Assembly (NCBI GenBank): GCA_965222115.1
Contig: CBDCTJ010000007.1
Span: 1,088,001-1,152,000, forward strand
Direction of reading: 5' to 3'
Source of the DNA: Planctomycetota bacterium
GTDB taxonomy: Bacteria > Planctomycetota > PLA2 > JAEUHO01
Length of the DNA: 64,000 nt
Shown here one piece after another: positions 38,502 through 48,480 of the stretch (position 1 is the stretch's first letter; each line of letters begins with the position of its first letter). The translations under genes and the position numbers were made by a program. Under the pieces are notes generated by a model. It did no database searches and had not been told where the DNA came from. It saw only the letters and a list, made by a program, of their open reading frames with translations.

Positions 38502-39197
38502 ATGGCCGCGTCATCCCCCCGCATTTTGATTGTCGAAGACGAAGATGTACTTGCCCGAGGCATCTCGGAAGCACTGACGTTTCAGGGATTTGACTGCACC
38601 GTGAAAGGTGATGGCACGTCGGGCCTTGAAGCGGCGCTTCGCGGCCACTTTGACGTGATGGTGCTCGACATCATGTTGCCGGAAAAGAGCGGCTTCGATG
38701 TGATTGCGGAGATGCGAGCTGCGGGATGCCCCACACCCACCATCATGCTTACGGCCAAGGGCTCCGAAGAAGACAAGGTGCGGGGCCTGGAACTCGGCGC
38801 CGACGACTACATGACCAAGCCATTTGCGGTGCGCGAACTCGTGGCGCGTGTGGGCGCGCAGTTCCGTCGCACGCTTATGGACCGGGGCAGCGGCGAAAAG
38901 TTCTCGGCGAATGGCGTGGCATTTGACTTGGGTCGCCTCACGGTGACCCGCAACGGCGACGAGATTCCGCTCACCCCGCGAGAAGGCGATATTGTGAGTT
39001 ACCTGCGCAGCAAGCGCGGCAACATCGTTACGCGCGACGACTTTCTCTTGCACGTGTGGAAGTACCCCACGGCCAACGTGCAGACCCGGACGGTAGACAA
39101 CACGTTGGCGGCGCTCCGCAAGAAGGTCGAGGAGAATCCGGCCCGACCGGACTTGATTCTGACCGTACGGGGTAAGGGGTATCGATGGGGCGGGTAG
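38502..39197 (+). CDS. OmpR/PhoB-family response regulator
   Basis: IVEDE, LDIMLP, LTAK, GADDYMTKPF; winged helix RTVDN..LRKK..TVRGKGY; GGAGAGG SD. Confidence 0.95.
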   Translation: MAASSPRILIVEDEDVLARGISEALTFQGFDCTVKGDGTSGLEAALRGHFDVMVLDIMLPEKSGFDVIAEMRAAGCPTPTIMLTAKGSEEDKVRGLELGADDYMTKPFAVRELVARVGAQFRRTLMDRGSGEKFSANGVAFDLGRLTVTRNGDEIPLTPREGDIVSYLRSKRGNIVTRDDFLLHVWKYPTANVQTRTVDNTLAALRKKVEENPARPDLILTVRGKGYRWGG

Positions 39198-41149
39198 GTC
39201 GCTCACGACTGCGCATGGGGCGGTGGTTGCCGCTCTTTGCGTTTCTCTTGTTGGCGCCTGCCGCAGGATTTTGTTATCTCGGGTGGCGCAGCGTACTTCA
39301 AGAAGATGCGATTCGTCACAAGACGATGCAAGATGAGTCCAGCGTTACATGCCTACGGCGCATACGCGCGCTCGTGAATGAACTTGAACGCATTCGAAAC
39401 GAACAATCCGACCGCCACTATTACGAGTGGCAGGATGAATACCTTTCCCAAGATGTTGTCTCCGACACATTGGCGTTTCAGATCACACAGTTGGCGGCGC
39501 CGCCCAAGAGTCCCATCATGGCGGGTTGGTTTCAATGGGAGCTCTTTCCAGAAGGACGCGTGTATGGCGACCTGGAGTGTTTTCCCCGCGAAGGCACCGT
39601 GCTAACGAGTGCGTGCCGTACGCCGAATGTGCATGACGCCATCTGTGAACTGTTGCGTGGACAGCTGCTTGCAGCACCGACGAATGTGGAGCTTGTCGGC
39701 GGGAATGCGTTGGTACGAGACTATGACCAGCGCATCGTCTTGGCCAACGAAGAGCGCGGCAAGATCCAAGAGGAAGTTGAACTGGTGCGGCGCTCGGGGC
39801 GGGTGTCTCGCGACATCAATCAGCAAAATCTTCAAAATGCCGGCAACAACGATTACGGCACCACGCCGTACTTGCGCGATTTTCGGGAGCGCATCGACCA
39901 AAGCAAAATCGGCGTGCGCTATACCCCCATGCGCTACTCGGTCATGAAACCTGAGGCGGCGCCGCTTGATTTGTTGGTGTGGCGCTTGGTGTGGATTCCC
40001 GCGGAACGGGGCGACGTCCGCATGGTACAGCATGATCGCTTTATGATTCAGGGATATGCGGTATCGCTGGGTGAAGCCGTACCACCAGCATGGGAAGCCG
40101 ACGGCAATGTGGAAGTGTCCATGCGAGGTTGGAAGCGTCCGGCGCTCGCGACGGGGACCATTCAACGGTCGGTGGTGGAGGAGTTGCCCATAGGCAGCGT
40201 TGCGACGCAGGACCCCTCTACGGTGAACGGACATCCCGTGCTCTCGTTGCTCGCGCGCCCCAACCCCTCCTACCTCACGCGCGCGTGGCAGAAGTCGCGC
40301 AATCGGTTTCTTTTGCTGGTGGGAGGCCTGCTTGGCGTTGTCGGCGTTGGCTTTTTTCTCCTAACGCGAGGACTGCGACGCGAGCGCGACATGGTGCAGC
40401 GCAAGGAAGACTTTGTGGCGGCCGTCACGCATGAACTCAAGACACCGCTGACGGGCATTCGTATGTATGCCGACATGTTGAAAGAAGGCTGGGTTGCGTC
40501 GCCAGAAATGGCAACAGACTACGCCGATCGCATTTTGGAGGAGTCCAAGCGCCTTGGCCTGCTTGTGGATCAAGTTCTCGATCTCGCAGCGCTCGAACGC
40601 GGCGTGGCCACGCTACGCGCGCAACCCGGGGATTTGGGTCCGGTGGTGTTGGCGGCCGCGGAAATGATGGAGGCCAAAGCCACGGAAGCGGGTGCCAATC
40701 TCAATACGACGATTGCTACACCCCTGCCGCCCGTGCTCATGGACCCTCAGCTTATCCGTCCGCTTGTTTTGAATCTGATCGACAACGCGATCAAGTATGG
40801 CAAAGGCAAGATCGAACACCGCATCGATGTATCGCTGCAACGCGAACGGGATGTGGTCGTCCTGCGCGTGTCGGATCGCGGCGAAGGCATGACGGCCGCC
40901 ACGCAGAAGACGTTGTTCATTCCGTTTCATCGCGCGGGCTCTGAGTTGACTCGAGGCGCACCGGGCGTGGGGATCGGCTTGGCACTCACCAAACGCTACG
41001 TTGATGCGCATCACGCCAAGATTCGTGTGCGAAGCACGCGAGGTGAGGGCACCACGATCATCGTGTCCTTCCCGATTCATGAGGGGCGCCCCAGTCGCGC
41101 GGGGGGCACCGCGCGCGCCGACGGCGATTCGCGTCCGCGTACTGCATGA
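39185..41149 (+). CDS. Membrane sensor histidine kinase
   Basis: Two TMs flanking a large periplasmic domain; VTHELKTPL, NLIDNAIKY, DRGEG, GVGIGL. Confidence 0.93.
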   Translation: MGRVGRSRLRMGRWLPLFAFLLLAPAAGFCYLGWRSVLQEDAIRHKTMQDESSVTCLRRIRALVNELERIRNEQSDRHYYEWQDEYLSQDVVSDTLAFQITQLAAPPKSPIMAGWFQWELFPEGRVYGDLECFPREGTVLTSACRTPNVHDAICELLRGQLLAAPTNVELVGGNALVRDYDQRIVLANEERGKIQEEVELVRRSGRVSRDINQQNLQNAGNNDYGTTPYLRDFRERIDQSKIGVRYTPMRYSVMKPEAAPLDLLVWRLVWIPAERGDVRMVQHDRFMIQGYAVSLGEAVPPAWEADGNVEVSMRGWKRPALATGTIQRSVVEELPIGSVATQDPSTVNGHPVLSLLARPNPSYLTRAWQKSRNRFLLLVGGLLGVVGVGFFLLTRGLRRERDMVQRKEDFVAAVTHELKTPLTGIRMYADMLKEGWVASPEMATDYADRILEESKRLGLLVDQVLDLAALERGVATLRAQPGDLGPVVLAAAEMMEAKATEAGANLNTTIATPLPPVLMDPQLIRPLVLNLIDNAIKYGKGKIEHRIDVSLQRERDVVVLRVSDRGEGMTAATQKTLFIPFHRAGSELTRGAPGVGIGLALTKRYVDAHHAKIRVRSTRGEGTTIIVSFPIHEGRPSRAGGTARADGDSRPRTA

Positions 41150-41189
41150 TTGGCTTCGTGATATCGCCCACGCGGTAAACTCTTCCATC

Positions 41190-41819
41190 ATGTTCCTTGC
41201 GTCGCTGATGGACATCGAAAAGAAGATCTTGCACTGGATCACATGCGATTGGCATGTGCCGGGTTCTGCTTCCTTTTTGCGTTTCATTCAGTCCGAGAAG
41301 GTCGCCGTTCCGTTGTTTGTTGCGGCGCTTGTCTTCGTTTCATTGAAACGCCGTCACGATGTCCTGCGGTGCATCGCGGCCACGGCGTTGGGCCTCGGTG
41401 TGGGCGCCCTTGTAGGCATGCTTTGTTGGGCCACGGTGGATCGATTGCGTCCGCCGCATCATTACGATCAACTGCTTCGTACCGAAGCGGAACTGGCCAC
41501 GTGCGCCAGTTTTCCAGATGCGTTTCCCGTACGTAATGTTGTGTCCACGCGACCCTCGTTCCCCAGTCAACATGGCCTTACGATGGGCGGTCTCGTTATG
41601 GGGCTTTGGTTGTTGTCGCGCCGTATCGGTGTGGCCGCCCTCTTGTTTTCGTTGCTCGTCGCCTATGGACGTCTCTATCTCGGTCGACATTGGCCCACTG
41701 ACATGATTGCGGGCGCGGTGCTGGGTGCTGTGCCTACCTGGCTTTTCTGGCGACACGTGCCTGCGATCCACGGTTGGCTTGGAATTCGTCACTGGGTCGA
41801 ACCGCCCGGCCCGGGCTAG
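41190..41819 (+). CDS. PAP2-family membrane phosphatase
   Basis: R.RP, SFPSQH, GRLYLGRHWPTD; TM helices. Confidence 0.88.
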   Translation: MFLASLMDIEKKILHWITCDWHVPGSASFLRFIQSEKVAVPLFVAALVFVSLKRRHDVLRCIAATALGLGVGALVGMLCWATVDRLRPPHHYDQLLRTEAELATCASFPDAFPVRNVVSTRPSFPSQHGLTMGGLVMGLWLLSRRIGVAALLFSLLVAYGRLYLGRHWPTDMIAGAVLGAVPTWLFWRHVPAIHGWLGIRHWVEPPGPG

Positions 41820-41860
41820 CCCGGACGATTCGCGTCAGTTCATGAATCGTCCGGGTTATG
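41820..41860 (+). terminator. Hairpin terminator after PAP2 gene
   Basis: 12-bp stem CCCGGACGATTC/GAATCGTCCGGG; weak U-tail. Confidence 0.5.
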
Positions 41861-41988
41861 TCGTGAACAAAAGGCGCTTCGGCTCCGATCGCCACATGCG
41901 GTACACTGGGAGGAATCGTCGTCTCTCGTTGGAAAACTGTGCATTTACGAATCAATCAAGGCCTGGCATTTTGCGGAGTGTGTAGCCG

Positions 41989-42876
41989 TTGGATGTAATC
42001 ACCGTCCATCGTCTGAAAATGTTGGGGGAGCCTCCCGAACCCCTTCGTCGCCTGCCGGCCTCGGAGCGCGCGTCCATTGTTTATCGCGCATTCTTGAAGC
42101 GTGTGCCGTACGAGAACCTCTCCAACAACCGCGCCATCCAAGAGGATCCCACGGATTCGGAGAGTTGGCCGCGCGCTACCGATCGACTCTTGCGTGAAAA
42201 CGCGTCGCTGGGGATGGGAGGCACGAGTTTTTCGCTGGCTTACGCGCTTCGCGATCTCTTTCGAGGCGTTGGAATCGCGGCGCATTGCACCCTAGGCTAC
42301 AACCTTGTAACCGAACAGGCGCATGCCGCCGTACTGATCTATGTCGATGAAGGCCCGTTGCTCTACGATCCAAGTTTGCTCATGGCGGGCCCGTTGCCGG
42401 TGCGCCCGGGCGGCACGTTCGACGATCCGCTCGGCCGATTCGTCATGACAGCGCGCTGCGGACCCACGCTCACTGTGTCGCTTCGCAAACACCCGGCCGA
42501 GCACGAGGCATCCGATGACGCACCGGCGTCCGAGCCGCTCGACATGAGCATGAGCAGTGCGGCGTGGGACATCGCCTCGCTTATGGGTGACCGTCCGGTC
42601 TACAGCATCATTCCAGTGCCCGCGCCTCCGCAAAATTTCAGGCAAGCATGGTTGGCGTCATTCTTCCGCGGTCGATTGATGCCGCTTCGGCTCGCGCGAC
42701 GCGTAGGCGACACGATTTATCGATACGGACAGCGACCCGGAACGCTTGAAGCACTGCGTGTCGGTGGTCGCGAAGAACTCAGTCTCGGTGACGACCCGCC
42801 CAAGACCCTTCACGAGACGTTTGGCGTGTGCGAGGCTTGCCTGCGCGAGTGGTTTGATTCGGGGCTGGGCACGTAG
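41989..42876 (+). CDS. Arylamine N-acetyltransferase-like protein with Ser at the catalytic Cys position
   Basis: VPYENL, GGT[S]FSL (cf. GGxCxxLN), QAHAAV, LYDPS. Confidence 0.72.
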   Translation: MDVITVHRLKMLGEPPEPLRRLPASERASIVYRAFLKRVPYENLSNNRAIQEDPTDSESWPRATDRLLRENASLGMGGTSFSLAYALRDLFRGVGIAAHCTLGYNLVTEQAHAAVLIYVDEGPLLYDPSLLMAGPLPVRPGGTFDDPLGRFVMTARCGPTLTVSLRKHPAEHEASDDAPASEPLDMSMSSAAWDIASLMGDRPVYSIIPVPAPPQNFRQAWLASFFRGRLMPLRLARRVGDTIYRYGQRPGTLEALRVGGREELSLGDDPPKTLHETFGVCEACLREWFDSGLGT

Positions 42877-42898
42877 CGCTTAGGTGCGAGTCGCTTCA

Positions 42899-45850
42899 CT
42901 ATTGCGCGCGAATTACATGAACATAGACCGCAATTACAACGCTTGAATCGCCCGGCATAGGCAGCGCGATGAGCACCCCGCGATCGTCGTCGAGCGTTGG
43001 TTCCACACGGACTTCGGTCCACGGCCGACCATCTGTTGAACGGTGCCAACGCGGTACTTCAATGGCCGCAATGGGGTCGTTGAGCAACGGATGGGGTTGC
43101 ACTTGAACCGAATGAAGCCTTGTGGCGCGCGCACGAATCGATACGGGTCGCGTCGTATCTCGTTGCAAGCCCGGGCGCACTTCCACCACGACGCCCGCTT
43201 CCGTGGCACCATGCACCGGTTCGTAGCGTCGCGCCGTCTTGTCGGTCTTTGAACCGCGTACGTAGACATCGCGCATGACCACCCGTTCACGCGTGCTTCG
43301 AAGCGCAACTTGTTGCGTAGCGCGGGCAAGTAACGTGTTTTGGTCGCTGTAGAGCGAAGCGGCGGTGCGCGTTTGCCCCATAAACGTCTGTACGCGAGCA
43401 CGGGCCGTGGTCGCCACAATCCACGTGTTGGTTCCCGACTCTTGGATATCGGGCTGCACCCGAAGCGCGTCAAACTGCGCGCGTGCAACCAACGACGTGC
43501 GAATGCTCACGCTGTACAGGTCGCGCTCGTGATCGCGAAAACGTTCAATGGCGGTGCGCACGCGCGCGTGTTCTTCGGGTGTAAACACGCCCGTGGCGCG
43601 ATGATTATCAACCAAGACCGGCGGGGCTTCGGGATCGCCGCCAGGACGCGAAAGGCCCGCCATGCGAGATATGAGCTCGCCGAGGTAGCGCCCTCGACGG
43701 CGAATACGTTCGGACAAGGGCGCAAGGCGTGCGGGTTGCGATAGCGGCCACCCATCCACGAGCTCATGATCCAGCACCTCGGATGACAGAGGCCCCAGCT
43801 CATACTCTTCGTGTCGTGAGGCTTCGGGAACAATACGCACATCCTCGCTTGACGGTGGGTCGGGGAGTCCGGTGCGCTGCGGTTTGCATCCAATCACTAA
43901 CAACAATTCGGGAAGCGAGTCCTGCGTCTCGGGAAAGGGATTGGGGATGCCGAGGCAAACCAAGGTGCCAAAGTGGGGCAACTGCAAATCGGTGCGCATG
44001 TGATGCTCGTGAAACTGGGGTACCCGACTCCACGGCTGTTCTTTATCGGTTGCGCGCGGCACCACGAATGAACCACGGGGCTCAACCACATCCACAGCAA
44101 CACCAAGTGCACTTCGCGCTTGACCGCCCGCGGCCTCAGGCATGTCTTGCGCAAAGAGATCGAGCCACAGTCCGTAGCGCGCCTCATCCATGGCTACGCG
44201 CAGCGGAGGGGGCGGCGCACTGGCAAGTCGTGGATGTCGTTCGGTGAGGTGTGTGACTTCAAGGCGCGTCGTGGCATTGCCCTTGAGTCGGATCTGTGCG
44301 GTGCCAATGAGATCGACGCCCTCGGCGCCCTGCACCAAATCCGCCAATCGATCGATCAACATGTCGGCAACCACGGCGCGGTCCGATGCATAAGGTGACA
44401 CGCGAAGGTTTAGCAGCTCTGCGGCCTGCACGGTGCCGGCTGCAGACGCGCCGTACACCCGAAGATCGATTTGCATGGGTACCGGTGTGTCACCGAAGCT
44501 CCGACGCAAGGCTTCGACCCGGCGATGGACGCCTTCCACGTGTTGCACACCGAGCACATTGCCAAAGCGCGTCAAGATATGAGACGGTGTCTCTTTGGCA
44601 CGACCACGACCCGATCGCCCCGGTCCGCGAATCGATGGGCGCGATGGGTGCGTCCAACCACTGCCCACGTGTTTGCGAATCCAGCGCTCCGCCCATTCCG
44701 CGCGCGTCATGGTGCTGGGGCCAAGGGCGGCGCGTTGGCCGGTAACAAACTCACTGCTTAAGAGCGGTGCCGCGTCTCGTGGCGAACGGTCATCGGCACC
44801 AAAGTTGTAAAACAGAAGCGGCTCGGTCCCCTGTTCGCGTGCGGTGAAGACTTCGGCCAAGAGGGCGTAGAACTGTGCTTGCAAGCCGCCCTTGCGCTCT
44901 TCCAGCGCGGGGCGAGGTGGCTCGGCTTCAAACGTGAGCCCCTTGCTCTTGCCGCGCTCATGGGTTACGCGCATCCACTCCACCAAGTACGCGCGATCTT
45001 CGCCAAGCGAGTTGAATGACAGCGTTCCGCCTGTTTCAAGGAAGTCGGATTCGTCGATGCGATTGATGGCGTCGCGGAAATGGCGGTCGGCTTCTTCGTC
45101 GTTGCCCGCCAGGTAAGCCAATCGACCGCGTTCCTGGAGTTCGCGCACCTTCTTCTTTAGATGCTGATACTCCTCCAGTTGCCGCGTCTGTAGAAACTCC
45201 AAGATCTGCTGCAGTACCAAGCCGCGTTCCGGTCGCGCCTTCTCAATCAATTTCAAAACGAGCCGTGCATCTTCATTGTCGTTGTCAATCGCGAGCGCCT
45301 CGTAGCACAAGCGCAACGCGGCTTGATATTGACCGCGTTCCAAGAGTCGTCGGGCGCTTTGTACTTTGCGCGCGGCCGCTGCCTCGGCAACCCGTCGTCG
45401 ATTGGCAAGTTGTTCATTGACCCGCCGCGCGACTTCCTCTTCGCTCATGCCCGGCGCGGTTGGTTGCTCAGCGGCGTCGTCACGTGTCTTTTTCGTGGCA
45501 AACTCGTGGGCGAATGCGGGAAGCTCCTTGTTCGCAAGAATCTTCTTCCAGTATTCGCGCGCGCTATCGCGGTCGCCGGATTGTTCTGCACAGCGCGCGG
45601 CGCCTACCAGCGCCGTGGCGAGGACCGTGGGGTTGATATCGCCCATGCGAATGATCTCGTCGTAACTGCGCCATGCTCCTGCGAAGTCAACGTGGACAAA
45701 CTCCTTTTCGCGGGCCTCCTTGAGTAGTCGTCGCGATTCATCCTTAGCGAACACTGCAGGCGTACACATGCCGCCCACGAGTACCAGGAGCAGTGTGCCC
45801 ATCGCCATGCGTCTGACGTGGTGGTGAATCGATATCCGGAACCCCGGCAT
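42899..45850 (-). CDS. Large exported TPR protein with possible degenerate secretin-like C-terminal domains
   Basis: Signal peptide; TPR-like helices; YEPVHGATEAGVVVEVRPG and similar beta-rich segments. Confidence 0.6.
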   Translation of the reverse strand: MPGFRISIHHHVRRMAMGTLLLVLVGGMCTPAVFAKDESRRLLKEAREKEFVHVDFAGAWRSYDEIIRMGDINPTVLATALVGAARCAEQSGDRDSAREYWKKILANKELPAFAHEFATKKTRDDAAEQPTAPGMSEEEVARRVNEQLANRRRVAEAAAARKVQSARRLLERGQYQAALRLCYEALAIDNDNEDARLVLKLIEKARPERGLVLQQILEFLQTRQLEEYQHLKKKVRELQERGRLAYLAGNDEEADRHFRDAINRIDESDFLETGGTLSFNSLGEDRAYLVEWMRVTHERGKSKGLTFEAEPPRPALEERKGGLQAQFYALLAEVFTAREQGTEPLLFYNFGADDRSPRDAAPLLSSEFVTGQRAALGPSTMTRAEWAERWIRKHVGSGWTHPSRPSIRGPGRSGRGRAKETPSHILTRFGNVLGVQHVEGVHRRVEALRRSFGDTPVPMQIDLRVYGASAAGTVQAAELLNLRVSPYASDRAVVADMLIDRLADLVQGAEGVDLIGTAQIRLKGNATTRLEVTHLTERHPRLASAPPPPLRVAMDEARYGLWLDLFAQDMPEAAGGQARSALGVAVDVVEPRGSFVVPRATDKEQPWSRVPQFHEHHMRTDLQLPHFGTLVCLGIPNPFPETQDSLPELLLVIGCKPQRTGLPDPPSSEDVRIVPEASRHEEYELGPLSSEVLDHELVDGWPLSQPARLAPLSERIRRRGRYLGELISRMAGLSRPGGDPEAPPVLVDNHRATGVFTPEEHARVRTAIERFRDHERDLYSVSIRTSLVARAQFDALRVQPDIQESGTNTWIVATTARARVQTFMGQTRTAASLYSDQNTLLARATQQVALRSTRERVVMRDVYVRGSKTDKTARRYEPVHGATEAGVVVEVRPGLQRDTTRPVSIRARATRLHSVQVQPHPLLNDPIAAIEVPRWHRSTDGRPWTEVRVEPTLDDDRGVLIALPMPGDSSVVIAVYVHVIRAQ

Positions 45851-45897
45851 AGCAACTCCAACGCGTTACGAGAACGCACAGGGTAAGGGCGAGTTGG

Positions 45898-46581
45898 TCA
45901 TCCCGCGGGTTCCATCGCTGCCGCGAGGTCGCGCGCGGCGCGTTCCGGGTCGGAGGCGTCCAAAACTGCGTGGCCCACAGCGACGCGCGTCGCACCCGCG
46001 GCAATCAATACCGAAACGTTGGTGACGTCAATGCCGCCGATGGGGAACACAGGTAGCGCAGACTGAATCGGCAGGCAGGACGTCATGAGCGCGGCACCCT
46101 GAGGTTCGCGTGAGATTGCCTTCGACGTCGTTGGAAAGCATGGACCCAACCCAAGCAGATCGAGATGGTCTGTCGGGCACGCTTGAATCTCTTCCGGCGT
46201 ATGTGTACTCAACCCCAGGAGACGGTCGGGGCCCAGCACCGCTCGCGCACGCGCGACCGGCATATCGTCTTGACCTACATGGGCGCCATCAAAGTCGAGC
46301 TCAGCGGCGAGCGTAACGTCATCATTGAGAATCAACATGACCTGTACTCCGTCTAGCGCCGTGCGTAGCGTGGTTGCCGCATGGCGCCACGCCGTCGTCG
46401 ACACACTCTTCGATATTTCGTTGGCACGGAGTTGAATCATGCCGATCACGCCACTTTGTAGCGCTGCGCGTATGCGATCCAACCAATCGTTGCCCAATGC
46501 ATCAATGGTCGCAATGAGGTAAATGGATGTGGCTGCTGCGCGTTGGCGCCGACGAGCGCGGCGATCGGACCCCCGCGGCAT
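45898..46581 (-). CDS. thiE: Thiamine-phosphate synthase
   Basis: IQLR, LILNDD, GAHVGQDD, GLSTHT, GPCFPTTSK, PIGGI. Confidence 0.92.
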   Translation of the reverse strand: MPRGSDRRARRRQRAAATSIYLIATIDALGNDWLDRIRAALQSGVIGMIQLRANEISKSVSTTAWRHAATTLRTALDGVQVMLILNDDVTLAAELDFDGAHVGQDDMPVARARAVLGPDRLLGLSTHTPEEIQACPTDHLDLLGLGPCFPTTSKAISREPQGAALMTSCLPIQSALPVFPIGGIDVTNVSVLIAAGATRVAVGHAVLDASDPERAARDLAAAMEPAG

Positions 46582-47184
46582 CTACTGGTCCCTACGCGAT
46601 GGCGAAGCGCCTAATTCGAGAGACGCTCGCGAGCCGCGGTGCGTACGCCATGTGCGTGATGATGGGTCAAACACACGGAACGCATCGCTTGCCACGGCAA
46701 AAGTGAGAAGATGCTTGTCACCCCGACGAAGGCGTTCAATAGGCGGTGGTGCCAACCAGCCCATGCGACTCGAGGGGAGCGGTTCGCTGATTGTGCTGGC
46801 TGCCGCTTGTTCCACGCGCTCCTGCGAAATGCGCACATCGATCACTTTCACGCGTGAGCCGACGTGAACGCCCAGCAAAATCGCCAATGCAACCAAGGCT
46901 GCGCGCGGCGGATGCACGCCAAAGTCGGGCCATCCATAAAACTTGCGCACACCCCAGGCGGCACCGCCAAAGATCGCAACGAGCGGCGCACCAATCCATC
47001 CCACCCAAACGAGTGTCTCGCTGAATCCGTGGTCGTAGCGCGCGATCTCGAAGAACGCGAAGCCTAGGAGCACGGCGCACAATACGACAGGCCATTTGCG
47101 CGCCCGCTCGCCCAGACGGTCGGCGAACAGTGTGCAGGCGGTGAACAACGCCAGAATCAGGCACGTGGTGAGTCGAGGATCCAC
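46582..47184 (-). CDS. Membrane protein of unknown function (4 TM)
   Basis: Four hydrophobic segments; abuts neighbours in operon. Confidence 0.7.
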   Translation of the reverse strand: MDPRLTTCLILALFTACTLFADRLGERARKWPVVLCAVLLGFAFFEIARYDHGFSETLVWVGWIGAPLVAIFGGAAWGVRKFYGWPDFGVHPPRAALVALAILLGVHVGSRVKVIDVRISQERVEQAAASTISEPLPSSRMGWLAPPPIERLRRGDKHLLTFAVASDAFRVFDPSSRTWRTHRGSRASLELGASPSRRDQ

Positions 47185-47196
47185 GAGCGCGTGCGT

Positions 47197-48480
47197 TCAG
47201 CGCAGTCCTTGAGACGGGTCGGCCCGCTCGTCGCCATGCGGCGTGGCGCGTTGGCGGCGGTGCTCCGCTACATAGGCTTCGAGCAGCGCGAGTTGCTTAA
47301 CGAAGTTCTGTTCGTCTACACCGCTCGGGTTCTTAAAGTAGGCGGCCGTCCACGGCATGAGGCCGGTTTCGCCTTGTGACTTGGCGAATGCAGCCAGCCG
47401 AACCAAGTCGAGTACCAGCGGCGCGGCAAGCGCGCTGTCGTTGCCTTGCCACGTAAACTGCATCGACATCTTGGTGCCCAAGAATCCTTCGAAGTGGATG
47501 AAGTCCCAGGCCACCTTCCAGTCATCAAGGCTCGGGACGTAATCGATGGTGACTTTGGCGTGGGGATCTTGCTCGCCGAGTATGGAACGCAGGGCACGGT
47601 CTTTCGAGCGCGTCTTACTTTCCCGTGCGTGTGGATCGTTGAGGACGAAGCCATCGCGGTTGCCGAGCATGTTGTAGCCTTCCCACGACAGCACCTGCAG
47701 CGCGCGGCCTGCAAACATGGGGGCCAACGCCGTCTTGACCAACGTCTCTCCCGTCTTTCCGTCGCTGCCCATGTGGGGTACGCCGCGACGCTTGGCGAGC
47801 TCAACGAGCGCGGGAATGGTGCTGCCTGGCGAAGGTGTGAAGTTGATAAACGGGAACCCAAGGTCAAGCGCCGCGTAGGCATAGACCACGCCCGAGGCCA
47901 GGCCACGGTGAATGGTGTCGGACCCCATGAGCACCGTGAGTGCATCCAAGTCGGCGTACTCGATGGGCATCTCTGCTGGGGGCTCGGTGCTGGAGAGATT
48001 AACCACCACAACGGTGCTTAGATCGTGCGTGGCTTGGAACGAGCGAAGGTCTTCTTGAATACCATCCACGCAGGCGCGCGTGGATGTGGGGCACCCAACG
48101 TGATCGCCGGCAAGCTCGTTCACGGCGGCCGATGGATTGAGTACGTAGCCCGGACGAATGTTCTTTTGAATGTCGCGCAAATCGTCGTGGAGCACATTGA
48201 GCAGCGTGTGATCTAAAATGCCCGCGCGATCGCGAAACTCCCGTGCGGCGCAAGCGATGTCGGTGGGCCGGACTTCATGCCCACCAAAGACAAGGTCAGA
48301 GATCGCTGGAAGGGCCAATCCGTCGAGCAGCGGCGTTTCCGTAAGCAAGCCGATGGGCGCGCGTAGCGAGCGCGTTACCGCGCGGGCACCGATGCATGTG
48401 AGCGTGGACACGGCGCCGCAGGCACCAATCATCCATACGCCGACACGCTTGTTAGGGGGTGGGGTCGATGAGGCATTCAT
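47197..48480 (-). CDS. ino1: Myo-inositol-1-phosphate (inositol-3-phosphate) synthase
   Basis: VVVNLSSTE, FINFTPS, GSDGKTGETLVK, NMLGNRDG, DDWKVAWD, WQGNDSALAAPLVLD, YFKNP. Confidence 0.93.
   Translation of the reverse strand: MNASSTPPPNKRVGVWMIGACGAVSTLTCIGARAVTRSLRAPIGLLTETPLLDGLALPAISDLVFGGHEVRPTDIACAAREFRDRAGILDHTLLNVLHDDLRDIQKNIRPGYVLNPSAAVNELAGDHVGCPTSTRACVDGIQEDLRSFQATHDLSTVVVVNLSSTEPPAEMPIEYADLDALTVLMGSDTIHRGLASGVVYAYAALDLGFPFINFTPSPGSTIPALVELAKRRGVPHMGSDGKTGETLVKTALAPMFAGRALQVLSWEGYNMLGNRDGFVLNDPHARESKTRSKDRALRSILGEQDPHAKVTIDYVPSLDDWKVAWDFIHFEGFLGTKMSMQFTWQGNDSALAAPLVLDLVRLAAFAKSQGETGLMPWTAAYFKNPSGVDEQNFVKQLALLEAYVAEHRRQRATPHGDERADPSQGLR

Noticed and set aside
46560-46620. TPP riboswitch ahead of thiE (likewise B12/Moco riboswitches ahead of the BtuF-like gene and moeA)
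   Set aside because: These genes are operon-internal with no leader space and no consensus motifs were seen
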